Part shown: piece after piece, positions 9,939 to 18,392 of the stretch
Layout: each line of letters opens with the position of its first letter
Position numbering within the stretch: position 1 is the stretch's first letter
Assembly: GCA_049970175.1 (NCBI GenBank)
Contig: JBMFNL010000002.1
Span: 2,722-66,721, forward strand
Source: Chloroflexia bacterium
GTDB taxonomy: Bacteria > Chloroflexota > Chloroflexia > DTKN01
Reading direction: 5' to 3'
DNA: 64,000 nt
The notes under the pieces: model-generated
Database searches by the model: none
Seen by the model: only the letters and a program-made list of their open reading frames with translations
What the model was told of the DNA's origin: nothing
Made by a program: the position numbers and the translations under genes

Positions 9939-10634
9939 ATGCTGTACCTGCCGGTTGTGCTTCTGGCCTATCTGATCGGCTCCTTTCCCAGCGGCGTGGT
10001 CGTCGTGCGCCTCGTCCGAAGGATGGATGTGCGGCGGATCGGCAGCCGGCGCAGCGGGGCGACCAATGTTTTCCGGGCGGCGGGGCTGCTGCCGGCCCTG
10101 GCGGTCTTTTTTCTGGACGTGCTGAAGGGGACGGCCTCGGTCTGGCTGGGGAGGTGGCTGGCCGGGTCGGCCTGGGTGCAGGAGCGCTGGCAGGCGCTCT
10201 TTTCGCGGCCGGCCGGCTGGCCCCTGCCGGCCGAGGCCTTTTCTCCCCTCTATGCGGGCCTCCTTTGCGGCCTGGCCGCCATCGCCGGCCATAACTGGCC
10301 GGTCTATATCCGCTTCCAGGGCGGACGGGGAGTGGCCACCACGCTGGGCACGCTCCTCCCTCTGGCCCCGGCCGTGGCCGGCGCGGCCTTTCTTCTGGGC
10401 CTCATCGTCGTGCTCGTGAGCCGCTACGTCTCCCTGGGCTCGATCACCGGGGCCGCCCTGGTCCCGCCCGGCCTCCTCCTGCAGTCCCTGGTCCTGCCCT
10501 TTTCCCTTCCCCTCTTCCTCTACGGCCTCCTGGTCGCGGGGCTCCTCATCTTCCAGCACCGCGACAACATCGTCCGCCTTCTTTCCGGGACGGAGCGCCG
10601 GTTGGGCCGGCCGGCCGAACCTCCCCCGGCCTGA
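9939..10634 (+). CDS. plsY: glycerol-3-phosphate acyltransferase PlsY (paralog 2, with a ~30-aa insertion)
   Basis: GSFPSG...SGATNVFRA...HNWPVYIRFQGGRGVAT...HRDNIVRLLSGTERRLG. Confidence 0.75.
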   Translation: MLYLPVVLLAYLIGSFPSGVVVVRLVRRMDVRRIGSRRSGATNVFRAAGLLPALAVFFLDVLKGTASVWLGRWLAGSAWVQERWQALFSRPAGWPLPAEAFSPLYAGLLCGLAAIAGHNWPVYIRFQGGRGVATTLGTLLPLAPAVAGAAFLLGLIVVLVSRYVSLGSITGAALVPPGLLLQSLVLPFSLPLFLYGLLVAGLLIFQHRDNIVRLLSGTERRLGRPAEPPPA

Positions 10635-10721
10635 GGGCCGAACCCGGACCCACCGTTGGGCGTGCGAACGCGGCCGCTGGGATTGAGCCTATCAAAATCC
10701 GGGGGAGTATGCCTGCGACAC

Positions 10722-11258
10722 TCAGCCGATGGCCGGGGCCTCGATCACGATCTCGCGCAGCCGGGCCAGGCGGTCGGCATATTCCGGCTCGAACAGGAGG
10801 GGACACTCCTCCAGACGGGCCTGGGCGGCCGCCAGCCTCAGGGCGAAGGTGAAGCAGGTGGGCTGGCCGCAGCGCTTGCAGTTGCTGCCGGGAAGGAGTT
10901 TATAGACTTCCATCGGCGTCGGCCGGCGATGGGTTTCATAGTCTGGGATGATTTCCGCCCGTCGCTCCCAGGTGCGGTTGACCAGTTTTATCAGCCCCTC
11001 GATCTCCCGAATCGCCGCCTCCCGGTCCTCCACGTTGCTGACGGCGATCTCGTAAGGGTGGAAAGCGACGTAGTGCCCCCCCTTGGTCCAGGTCAGCGCC
11101 AGGGCACCGGGGTGATAGACCGCCCCACGCAGGGTGGCGTTGAGGTAGGGCAGGACCTCGCGGATGTCCACCAGCAGCCGGGCGATAGCGGTGAAACGCT
11201 CCGCCCCCGGCTCGCAGGGCGGGGTGAAGACCTCCAGGTCGTACTTCTCGATCAGCAT
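10722..11258 (-). CDS. Fe-S cluster domain protein (C-x2-C-x4-C-x16-CP, PF04060-like) with an uncharacterised N-terminal domain
   Basis: NCKRCGQPTCFTFALRLAAAQARLEECP motif; start MLIEKYDLEV follows RBS AGGAGGGA. Confidence 0.5.
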   Translation of the reverse strand: MLIEKYDLEVFTPPCEPGAERFTAIARLLVDIREVLPYLNATLRGAVYHPGALALTWTKGGHYVAFHPYEIAVSNVEDREAAIREIEGLIKLVNRTWERRAEIIPDYETHRRPTPMEVYKLLPGSNCKRCGQPTCFTFALRLAAAQARLEECPLLFEPEYADRLARLREIVIEAPAIG

Positions 11259-11283
11259 GGGCAAGTCCCTCCTGGGAAAGGGA

Positions 11284-11318
11284 GGGAGTAGGTCGGTTTG
11301 ACAAACCAACCTACTCCC
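11284..11318. repeat. palindrome GGGAGTAGGTCGG-tttgacaaa-CCAACCTACTCCC (site B of the GTAGGTCGG-N9-CCGACCTAC family)
   Basis: 10-bp perfect outer stem plus inner GGTTTGACAAACC palindrome; lies between the ferredoxin gene and the Fe-S-domain gene. Confidence 0.6.
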
Positions 11319-11329
11319 CTTCCTGACCT

Positions 11330-11620
11330 TTACCCGGACGTCGGAGCGTACTTCTTCCGCAGTTCCTGGACCAGGGCGACGATCTCCTCTTTCTCCGGGA
11401 AGTGGATGGCCTCTTCGGAACAGACCTTGGCGCAGCCCATGCAATAGACGACGCAGTCATCGGGGCGGGCGACGACCGGGATGTTCCGTTCGTCATCCCA
11501 GTCATAAACATTGGAGGGACAGAATTCTATGCAGGACCGACAGCCCACACAGAGGTCCGCATCCACCGTCGGGTGCCAGGGCACCTCGTGTCGGGGAATG
11601 CCCTCCCAGAGTTTGCCCAT
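11330..11620 (-). CDS. 2x[4Fe-4S] ferredoxin-like protein
   Basis: CVGCRSCIEFCP and CVVYCMGCAKVC cysteine motifs. Confidence 0.6.
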   Translation of the reverse strand: MGKLWEGIPRHEVPWHPTVDADLCVGCRSCIEFCPSNVYDWDDERNIPVVARPDDCVVYCMGCAKVCSEEAIHFPEKEEIVALVQELRKKYAPTSG

Positions 11621-11621
11621 C

Positions 11622-11999
11622 TCACTCCTCCTGTCGTGTCGCCCGGGCCACGGCCTCGGCTACCTTCCGGAAGGCCTCCTCGGTGGAAAGGTTGCGCAGG
11701 TCCAGGGCAACTACCTGCCGGTCAAAGTCCACCCCGCGCTCGGCCAGGGTTTGCCGGAACATCTTGCGCTGCATCATGGGGTCGCAGGCCCCTACAACGT
11801 ACGTGACATCCGGTTTGGCATAGTCCAGCCAGAAGCGGTCACCATCGGCCACGCAGAGTTGGGGGTGAACGATGGCGTACTCGACGTCCAGTTCATTACG
11901 CACCCGGTTGATCAGTTGCCACAGGTTCAACTGGGCAAAACCCGGGCATTCCCCGGTGCAGATGCACATAACGAAACGGGGCTTGGACATAGCAAACAC
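11622..11999 (-). CDS. MvhD/FlpD-like hydrogenase iron-sulfur subunit homolog (degenerate)
   Basis: RFVMCICTGEC...VVGACDP...LAERGVDFDRQVVALDLRNLSTEEAFRKV aligns with the FlpD (PF02662) pattern from memory. Confidence 0.4.
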   Translation of the reverse strand: MFAMSKPRFVMCICTGECPGFAQLNLWQLINRVRNELDVEYAIVHPQLCVADGDRFWLDYAKPDVTYVVGACDPMMQRKMFRQTLAERGVDFDRQVVALDLRNLSTEEAFRKVAEAVARATRQEE

Positions 12000-12211
12000 C
12001 TCCTCATAGTCGATTTTTCAAACGATGGAAAAGGCCGGCCCTTCCCCATCGGGCGGAGGCGGACGTTTCACCCCCGGCCCGCGACCCTTCAGGCAGTGGC
12101 AACGGCAGGCCATGGGACATCCCCGTTTCCGGCTAGATCCTTGCTTTCTCATCCGAACAACTTGCCCTGCACAAGCATCGGCCCCGACCCGGGGACCTCG
12201 ATCAGAACCTT

Positions 12212-12358
12212 TCAACCGCCCTCCATCGCCTGGAGGAGCGGGGCGCGCAGGTGCTCCCGGATAAAGGCCAGGGCCGCCTCGGCATCGCTGTCGAGGAGGA
12301 TGCGGTAGAGTTCCTGCACCTCTTCTTCCGTCAGCGGCACCACCAGCGCCTTTTTCAC
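12212..12358 (-). CDS. small ORF (48 aa from GTG, 58 aa from an in-frame TTG), possible ribbon-helix-helix DNA-binding protein
   Basis: VKKALVVPLTEEEVQELYRILLDSDAEAALAFIREHLRAPLLQAMEGG*; GC3 41/48; RBS GGAG 7 nt upstream; directly downstream of a consensus promoter; shorter than the ORF-track cutoff. Confidence 0.25.
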   Translation of the reverse strand: MKKALVVPLTEEEVQELYRILLDSDAEAALAFIREHLRAPLLQAMEGG

Positions 12359-12418
12359 CGTCTTTCTCCGGCCGGGCCGCCCGTCTCTCAACGGCCGCTT
12401 CTATAGATTTCGGTTGAT

Positions 12419-12446
12419 ATTATACACCGAAACGGCCGGTTGTCAA
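12419..12446 (-). promoter_or_regulatory. near-consensus sigma70 promoter TTGACA-N16-TATAAT
   Basis: Minus-strand reading GGATTTGACAACCGGCCGTTTCGGTGTATAATATC; drives the small ORF and probably the MvhD-like/ferredoxin/Fe-S genes. Confidence 0.5.
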
Positions 12447-12458
12447 ATCCGCTGAGTC

Positions 12459-12485
12459 GTGGTCGGTTGGACAGACCGACCTACC
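12459..12485. repeat. palindrome GTGGTCGG-N9-CCGACCTAC (site A), directly upstream of the -35 box
   Basis: Inverted repeat GGTCGGT/ACCGACC read directly; same arm sequence and 9-nt spacer as sites B and C. Confidence 0.55.
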
Positions 12486-12500
12486 GGGGACAAGAGCGGT

Positions 12501-13226
12501 TCAGGAGCCCCCGGGCGTCTGGGGGCGCAGCGCGCTGCGTCCATATCGGCGCAGGCGGGCGACCACGCTGCCCACCTTGCTCCAGGGCGGGCTGGGCCGG
12601 CCGAGCAGCCGGCCCCGGGCCAGGGCGGCCAGGAATTCCTGGGGACCGGAAAAGGCCGGCAGGAGCACCGTACAGGCCCCCACCTCCCAGACGCTGTGAG
12701 CGTCCGAGCCGGCCGTTAGAGGCAGGGCCAGCCTTCGCCCCAGCGCCTCGGCCCGGTGGTTGTTCTCCTGGCGCAGGACCCGGCCGTTGCGTCCCTCGAC
12801 AAAGTCGAGCAGGCCGGCCCGGGCGAGTTCCTCCACCACCTCCAGCGGCAGCACATGTCGCCAGGAATCGCAGGGATGGGGCACCCCCACCAGCCCGCCC
12901 TGGGCCCGGATGGCCCGCGCCGTCGCCCAGACGTCCATGGCCGCCGGGACCTCCTTCCGCAGAAACAGTCCCAGCACTTCGCCCTGGAGCGAAGCGACCT
13001 CCTCTCCCACGATGATCTGCAACCCCGCCGGGGTCAGGCGCAGCACCTCCAGCGCCCCCGCTATCGTGTCATGGTCGGTTATGGCGACGCCGGCCAAGCC
13101 CTTCCGGAGGCACACTTCCAGAAGTTCGGCCGGGCTGAGCAGGCTATCGGGCGAGGCCTCGGTGTGCAGGTGCAGATCAAAACGTCTCAGCATCCAGGGC
13201 TCCAGCGAGGGTTTCGACAGGCTCAA
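12501..13226 (-). CDS. PHP-domain metallophosphoesterase
   Basis: FDLHLHTEASPDS...ITDHDT...GSDAHS histidine motifs; TTG/ATG start ambiguity (13226 or 13193). Confidence 0.6.
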   Translation of the reverse strand: MSLSKPSLEPWMLRRFDLHLHTEASPDSLLSPAELLEVCLRKGLAGVAITDHDTIAGALEVLRLTPAGLQIIVGEEVASLQGEVLGLFLRKEVPAAMDVWATARAIRAQGGLVGVPHPCDSWRHVLPLEVVEELARAGLLDFVEGRNGRVLRQENNHRAEALGRRLALPLTAGSDAHSVWEVGACTVLLPAFSGPQEFLAALARGRLLGRPSPPWSKVGSVVARLRRYGRSALRPQTPGGS

Positions 13227-13234
13227 CCTAAAGG

Positions 13235-13981
13235 CTACAGGTCGCCGTAGTGATACAGGACCAGGGCGGTGGCCACAACGCCGGCCGTTTCGGCCCGCAG
13301 GATGCGCGGTCCCAGGCTGACCGGGTGGAGGCCGTAGTGGCGGGCCCGTTGCACCTCGGCTTCCGAAAAGCCTCCCTCCGGGCCGATAAAAATGGCCACG
13401 TTGAAGGGGTTTCCCGGTCCGATTTTTCCCAGCACATCCCGCAACGGGGTGGAGGCTTCTTCCCAGGGAAGGAGGGCCAGTTCACCGGTGTGGTGCACCT
13501 GTTCGCAGGCTGCGGCAAAGAGCATGAGCGGCTTCAAGGGCGGCACCCGGCCGCGCCGCGATTGCTCCGCGGCCGCTTGGATAATCTTCTCCCAGCGTTG
13601 TAACTTGCGCCTGGAGAGTTGATGGGCATCCTGGACGATGCAGCGTTCGCTGAGCAGGGGAACAAAGGCGCTGACCCCCACTTCGGTGCCCTTCTGGAGC
13701 GCCCACTCGAAGCGCTCCCCCTTGAGCACGGCCTGGTACAGGGTAACCTGGGTGTGCGGCTCGTTCCGGCAGAGCCGCCTTTTGTGAATCTGGCCGAGAA
13801 TCCGGTCGGGTTCGACCTCCTCCAGGCGCACCTCGTACTCCCAGCCGGAGTTATCGAACACCACCACCGCATCGCCCGGCTTCAGGCGCAGGACATCGCG
13901 CATCCGGTGAACCAGGGCCGGCTCCGCGATGTCCAGCCGGTCGGGGGGAGGCTCCGGAAGCGGGATAAAGAAGCGGTTCAT
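13235..13981 (-). CDS. rsmE: 16S rRNA (uracil1498-N3)-methyltransferase RsmE
   Basis: MNRFFIP...GPEGGFSEAEV...RILRAETAG; ATG overlaps the prmA stop (ATGA). Confidence 0.75.
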   Translation of the reverse strand: MNRFFIPLPEPPPDRLDIAEPALVHRMRDVLRLKPGDAVVVFDNSGWEYEVRLEEVEPDRILGQIHKRRLCRNEPHTQVTLYQAVLKGERFEWALQKGTEVGVSAFVPLLSERCIVQDAHQLSRRKLQRWEKIIQAAAEQSRRGRVPPLKPLMLFAAACEQVHHTGELALLPWEEASTPLRDVLGKIGPGNPFNVAIFIGPEGGFSEAEVQRARHYGLHPVSLGPRILRAETAGVVATALVLYHYGDL

Positions 13982-14901
13982 CGGCCTTCTCCGGGACGGC
14001 GATGGACCAGGGCCACCCAGTCGCCCTCCTGGAGTTGCCCGACGGCCGGCAGGCCGGCCGCCTGGAGCGTCGTCCGCACCTCGCCGGCCTGCTCCACCAG
14101 GATGCCTGAGGCGATCAGGATTCCCCCGGCGGCCAGGGCTGCGGCCAGCCGGCCGGCCAGTTCCTGGATCGTCCGGGCCAGGAGGTTGGCGAGGAGCAGA
14201 TCGAAGGGGGCCATGCCGTCTTCCAGTGTTCCCTCCCGCACCCGGATGCGGCCGCTCAGCCGGTTGCGGCGGATGTTCCGGCGGGCCGCCTGTACGGCGA
14301 TGGGGTCGCGATCCAGCGCCAGCACGGGGCCGCTGCCCAACCGGGCCGCGGCGATGGCCAGGATGCCCGAGCCGGTGCCCAGGTCCAGGACACGCATTCC
14401 GGGCTGAAGAAAGCGCTCCAGGGCGCGCAGGCAGAGTTGGGTCGTCGGGTGCAGCCCGGTGCCAAAGGCCGGGCCGGGGTCCAGCCGGAGGGCGATCTGG
14501 CCGCGGGATGGGCGAAAGCGTTTCCAGGCCGGCACGACCACCAGCCGCTCGCCGACCTGGAGGATGGGGTAGTAGGCCTTCCAGGCCTGTCCCCAGTCTT
14601 CCTCGGTGAGGGTGCGCACCTGGAGCGGACCGATGGGGCGCAGGTGGCCCAGGCACTTCAGGGCCATCTCGACCTGGCGGACCGTCTGGGCCGCGTTCGT
14701 ATCGCGGGGGATATAGGTGTGGAGGACGGCCGGGCGGCTCGGGTCTGGAAGCAGAGAGAGGCCGTCCTCGGCCGGCCGGTGCGCCTCCTCGATGACGATG
14801 CCGCCCTGGTAGCCGTAGCGGGACAATACCTCGCAGACGGCCTCCACCGCCTCCGGGTCGGCCTCCACGCTCAATTCGAGCCAGGTGCCCGTTCGGTCCA
14901 T
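13978..14901 (-). CDS. prmA: ribosomal protein L11 methyltransferase
   Basis: VLDLGTGSGILAIAAARLG SAM-binding motif and PrmA-like N-terminal domain. Confidence 0.8.
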   Translation of the reverse strand: MDRTGTWLELSVEADPEAVEAVCEVLSRYGYQGGIVIEEAHRPAEDGLSLLPDPSRPAVLHTYIPRDTNAAQTVRQVEMALKCLGHLRPIGPLQVRTLTEEDWGQAWKAYYPILQVGERLVVVPAWKRFRPSRGQIALRLDPGPAFGTGLHPTTQLCLRALERFLQPGMRVLDLGTGSGILAIAAARLGSGPVLALDRDPIAVQAARRNIRRNRLSGRIRVREGTLEDGMAPFDLLLANLLARTIQELAGRLAAALAAGGILIASGILVEQAGEVRTTLQAAGLPAVGQLQEGDWVALVHRRPGEGR

Positions 14902-14922
14902 CCCCAGGCTCCGCAGCGAGGG

Positions 14923-15288
14923 TCAGCCGGCCAGGGCAGCGCGGGCTCGGCCCAGGGCCTCGTGGGCTTGATCGAGATCGCCTTCCGAGGAAAAACCCAG
15001 GACGAGGAAGTAGGCGGGCTCGTCCGTCAAAGGGGTTCCCAGGAAGTTGAACCGGGCCGTCCCCAGGAAAAACTCGGGGCTGGGATGGGCAGTGAGCGCC
15101 CCGGCGGCCTTTTGCACCGCCTCGGCCAGGGAGGCCAGTTCCACTTCCAGTATTTCTGAGTCCACCTCCTGGAACGATTCCGCCAGGGCGATCTGCACAC
15201 CCAGGCCGTCCATCCCCAGGAGGCCGGCCAGGACCGCCCCGGGTACGGAGGCGAGCATCGTGGTCAACACTTCCTCGATTTCTTCCAT
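14923..15288 (-). CDS. roadblock/LC7-like small protein, hypothetical
   Basis: 121 aa; weak resemblance to the roadblock/LC7 fold (LASVPGAVLAGLLGMDGLGV). Confidence 0.3.
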   Translation of the reverse strand: MEEIEEVLTTMLASVPGAVLAGLLGMDGLGVQIALAESFQEVDSEILEVELASLAEAVQKAAGALTAHPSPEFFLGTARFNFLGTPLTDEPAYFLVLGFSSEGDLDQAHEALGRARAALAG

Positions 15289-15308
15289 CCGGTTCTCCTT
15301 GCTTTGCC

Positions 15309-15923
15309 CTACATCTCCCGCCGGCCTTCCAGCGCCCGGCTCAGGGTCACCTCGTCGGCATATTCCAGGTCCCCGCCCATCGGCAGGCCGTGGGCCAGGC
15401 GGGTCACGCGCACCCCCAGGGGAATCAGGTGCTGGGCCAGGTACATCGCCGTGGCATCGCCTTCCAGGTTCGGGTTCGTGGCCAGAATCACTTCCTCCAC
15501 CGGCTGAAGCCGCACCCGGGTGAGGAGTTCGCGGATACGCAGGTCTTCGGGGCCGATGCCCTCCACCGGGGAGATGGCCCCGTGCAGGACGTGGTAGAGT
15601 CCCCGGTAGCGCCCGGTGCGCTCCAGGGCGATCACATCCAGCGGCTGTTCGACGACGCAGATGCGCGACCGATCGCGCTCCTCATCGGCGCAGATGGGGC
15701 AGGGGTCCGTCTCCGTGATGTTGAAGCAACGCGAGCAGAGGAGGATGCGCCGCTTCATCTCCAGGATGGCCTCGGCCAGGGCACGGGCTTCTTCCTCGGG
15801 CGCACGCAGGAGGTAGTAGGCCAGGCGCGAGGCGCTCTTGGGGCCGATGCCTGGAAGTCGGACCAATTCTTCTACCAGCCGGGCCACCGGCCGGGGCAGG
15901 TAACGTTCCACCTCGACTGGCAA
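15309..15923 (-). CDS. recR: recombination protein RecR
   Basis: [17 protein letters not shown] helix-hairpin-helix, CSRC...CPIC zinc finger, Toprim domain. Confidence 0.85.
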   Translation of the reverse strand: MPVEVERYLPRPVARLVEELVRLPGIGPKSASRLAYYLLRAPEEEARALAEAILEMKRRILLCSRCFNITETDPCPICADEERDRSRICVVEQPLDVIALERTGRYRGLYHVLHGAISPVEGIGPEDLRIRELLTRVRLQPVEEVILATNPNLEGDATAMYLAQHLIPLGVRVTRLAHGLPMGGDLEYADEVTLSRALEGRREM

Positions 15924-15949
15924 GGCAGTCCTCCAGGCTCGTCGGAGGC

Positions 15950-16255
15950 CTACCGGCGCAGGCCGGGGAGGCCCAGGCCCTCCAGCAGGGAGCGCATACT
16001 TTCCTCGGCCAGTTGGCGGGAGCGGGCTACTCCCTCGTTGAAGGCGGCGATCAGGAGGTCCTGGAGCATCTCGACCTCCTTAGGATCGATCACCTCCGGG
16101 GCGATGGCCAGTTCCTGCACCTCCTGCTGGCCGTTCATGACCAGCCGCACGGCTCCGCCTCCCACCGTAACCTCAACCGTTCGGCCGGCCAGGTCCTGCA
16201 TCACCTGTTCCTGTTTCTGCTGCACCTGGCGTAAGAGTCTGGGGTCCAGTCGCAT
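15950..16255 (-). CDS. ybaB: YbaB/EbfC nucleoid-associated protein
   Basis: [40 protein letters not shown]...; classical dnaX-ybaB-recR gene order. Confidence 0.75.
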   Translation of the reverse strand: MRLDPRLLRQVQQKQEQVMQDLAGRTVEVTVGGGAVRLVMNGQQEVQELAIAPEVIDPKEVEMLQDLLIAAFNEGVARSRQLAEESMRSLLEGLGLPGLRR

Positions 16256-17918
16256 CCTCGACCTCCTCGCTACCTTCGGGGAGCACCCCGACGATCCTGG
16301 CGTTGAAGATGTTGGCCGCGGCTCGGACGCGGGGGTTCTCCTGTTGCCGTCCCTCGGATGTCCGGCCGGCCGACTCGTTCAGGACACAGCGGATGCCGGA
16401 ATTGCCGTGCAGGGCTTTGCTCAAGGCCTGTTCCACAATGCGCCGGTTGTGCACCTCCTCGATCTTGCCTTTGTGGAATCCGTAGCGAAAGCCCAGGACG
16501 ACGATACGGCCCTCCACGGCGACGGGCTGGCAGCCGTGGAGCAGGGCCTGCACCGAGGGGTCTACCGGGCGGATGCTCTCGACCACCTCGGGCCAGACCC
16601 GCAGGACGTCCTCCAGGGTGAGCGGCCCGCCGGCGCTCTCCATTTCGACAGGCTCCGTGCACCGCTCGGCCGATGGAGGGGGAGCGGGAACGGTAACGGG
16701 CCGACGTTCTGCCGCGCTCTTCCGTACCGCAGGGGATGCCGGGCGGCCGGAGGTGGAAACCTGCGGCGGGGCGGCTACGGATCGGCCGGCCGGGCGGGCC
16801 GTCGGCTCTTCGCTCCGGGGAGGCGACCCTGCGACCGGAAGCGTGGCCTCCACCAGGGCCAGTTCAAAGGGCAGTTGGCCGTACCAGCCTGCCCGCAGGT
16901 CGGCGTCGAGCAGGCTGAAACGGCGCACCCAGTCGGCCAGGCGGGCCACCGTGGTCCGCTGCACGCGGAGGCGCATCTCCGATAGGGTCTCGTCGGTGAC
17001 GTCGAGCAGGTCGGCCCCATCCTGGGTCACGGCCAGGAAGAGCAGCCCCCGCAGGTAAGCCACCAGTTCGCGGTTGAACTGGCGCAGGTCCACGCCGTCA
17101 TCCACCAGGCGCTGGAGGAGGCGCAGGGCGGCCGGCAGATCCCCGGCGATGAGGGCGTCCACCAGCAGGGGCACCTGTTCGCCCCCGCGCATCCCCAGGA
17201 GGGCCTGCACTTCGCCTACGTCAAGCGTTCCCTCGCGCCCATAGACCAGCAGCTGGTCCAGCAGGCTTTCGGCATCGCGGACGCTTCCGGTAGCGCTTCG
17301 GGCGATGAGTTCCAGGGCCGGCCGGGTGGCCTGGATGCCTTCGGAGCGGGCGATGTCCTCCAGCCGTCGGACGATGTCGGATGTACGGATGCGGCGAAAG
17401 TCAAAGCGCTGGCAACGCGAGAGGACGGTGGGCGGAATCCGCTGGGGTTCGGTGGTGGCCAGGACGAAGATGACGTGCGGCGGCGGCTCCTCCAGCGTCT
17501 TCAGGAGGGCGCCCATGGCCTCGGCCGTGAGCATATGGCTTTCGTCGATGATATAGACCTTGTAGCGCGCCTCGCTGGGGGCGAAGCGCACCTTTTCCCG
17601 CAGGTCGCGAATTTCGTCGATGCCCCGGTTGGAAGCGCCGTCTATTTCGATGAGGTCCACGGCCCGGCCCTCGTTGATCGCCAGGCAGGTCGGGCAGGTG
17701 TTGCAGGGCAGGGGAGGACCGCCGGTGCAGTTGACCGCCTTGGCCAGGATGCGGGCGGTGGAGGTTTTGCCGGTGCCCCGGGGGCCGGCAAAGAGGTAGG
17801 CGTGGGCGATGCGGCCGGCGGCCAGGGCCCGCTGCAGGGTCCGGGTGATGTGTTCCTGCCCGATGATCTCCTCGAAACGCTGGGGGCGCCACTTGCGATA
17901 GAGAACCTGGCCGGCCAT
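16173..17918 (-). CDS. dnaX: DNA polymerase III subunits gamma/tau
   Basis: FEEIIGQEH...AYLFAGPRGTGKTSTARILAKAVNC...IIDESHML; start MAGQVLY at 17918. Confidence 0.85.
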   Translation of the reverse strand: MAGQVLYRKWRPQRFEEIIGQEHITRTLQRALAAGRIAHAYLFAGPRGTGKTSTARILAKAVNCTGGPPLPCNTCPTCLAINEGRAVDLIEIDGASNRGIDEIRDLREKVRFAPSEARYKVYIIDESHMLTAEAMGALLKTLEEPPPHVIFVLATTEPQRIPPTVLSRCQRFDFRRIRTSDIVRRLEDIARSEGIQATRPALELIARSATGSVRDAESLLDQLLVYGREGTLDVGEVQALLGMRGGEQVPLLVDALIAGDLPAALRLLQRLVDDGVDLRQFNRELVAYLRGLLFLAVTQDGADLLDVTDETLSEMRLRVQRTTVARLADWVRRFSLLDADLRAGWYGQLPFELALVEATLPVAGSPPRSEEPTARPAGRSVAAPPQVSTSGRPASPAVRKSAAERRPVTVPAPPPSAERCTEPVEMESAGGPLTLEDVLRVWPEVVESIRPVDPSVQALLHGCQPVAVEGRIVVLGFRYGFHKGKIEEVHNRRIVEQALSKALHGNSGIRCVLNESAGRTSEGRQQENPRVRAAANIFNARIVGVLPEGSEEVEDATGPQTLTPGAAETGTGDAGPGRPNG

Positions 17919-17973
17919 TTCCCATCTCCTTGAGCCTGGGGACACCTTTTGTCCCCGGTCTGGCGTCCCTTCT

Positions 17974-18003
17974 ATTGTACTACGGCCGGGCCGGTTGTGC
18001 AAA
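17974..18003 (-). promoter_or_regulatory. putative promoter TTGCAC-N17-TACAAT for dnaX
   Basis: Minus-strand reading TTGCACAACCGGCCCGGCCGTAGTACAATAGAAGG; a perfect hairpin GGGGACA-N5-TGTCCCC lies in the following 5'UTR (17938-17956). Confidence 0.45.
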
Positions 18004-18175
18004 CGGCTGGAAACTGTATGTAGAGGGGCGAGACCGGATTTCGATACGGCCGTCGCTACGCTCCGGCCTGCTTCACACGGCGCCTCGCCCATGCCTCCGA
18101 GGCTCGTACCCTCGACAGGCAACGGGCCGGACGGGCCCCTTCGCGTTCCGACACGCCTCCGCAACCGTCCCCCTG

Positions 18176-18246
18176 CTGCCGGGCGAGGATTCGAACCTCG
18201 GCTAAAGGATCCAAAGTCCCCCGTGCTACCGCTACACCACCCGGCA
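18176..18246 (-). tRNA. tRNA-Gln (anticodon UUG)
   Basis: Hand-folded cloverleaf: acceptor stem TGCCGGG/CCCGGCA with the U1:A72 pair typical of bacterial tRNA-Gln; anticodon loop CTTTGGA; T-arm CGAGG-TTCGAAT-CCTCG; discriminator G; CCA not encoded. Confidence 0.75.
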
Positions 18247-18256
18247 GGACACTTTC

Positions 18257-18322
18257 AGTGTACCCGAACTTCCGCCGGCTGTCAAGCGCAAGTTGACAGC
18301 GGGGCCGGCCGTCCGTTATAAT
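18257..18322. promoter_or_regulatory. divergent promoter pair sharing the palindrome GCTGTCAA-GCGCAAG-TTGACAGC
   Basis: Plus TTGACA(18293-98)-N18-TATAAT(18317-22) toward the MFS gene; minus TTGACA(18280-85)-N17-TACACT(18257-62) ending ~8 nt before the tRNA-Gln 5' end. Confidence 0.5.
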
Positions 18323-18392
18323 GCGGCCAGCCGTGAGGTCGAATCGCCGACCCTGGGGCAGGTAGGCGGAAATCGTTTCTGGACGTGCGAAC

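Noticed and set aside
12000-12211. Riboswitch or leader RNA in the 210-nt spacer between the small ORF and the MvhD-like gene
   Set aside because: Only short GC hairpins (CCCCG-GGT-CGGGG, GGCCGGCC) are present. No known riboswitch core motif was recognised.
17919-18175. Possible SRP (4.5S/ffs) RNA upstream of dnaX, as in Bacillus
   Set aside because: The minus-strand sequence contains AGCAGGCCGGAGCGUAGC. It lacks the conserved domain IV pattern (GNRA tetraloop GGAA flanked by CAGG and AGCAGC), so it is not callable by eye.
18330-18392. tRNA-like fragment GAGGTCGAATCGCCGACC in the MFS leader
   Set aside because: It resembles a T-loop, but no acceptor, D or anticodon arms can be folded around it.
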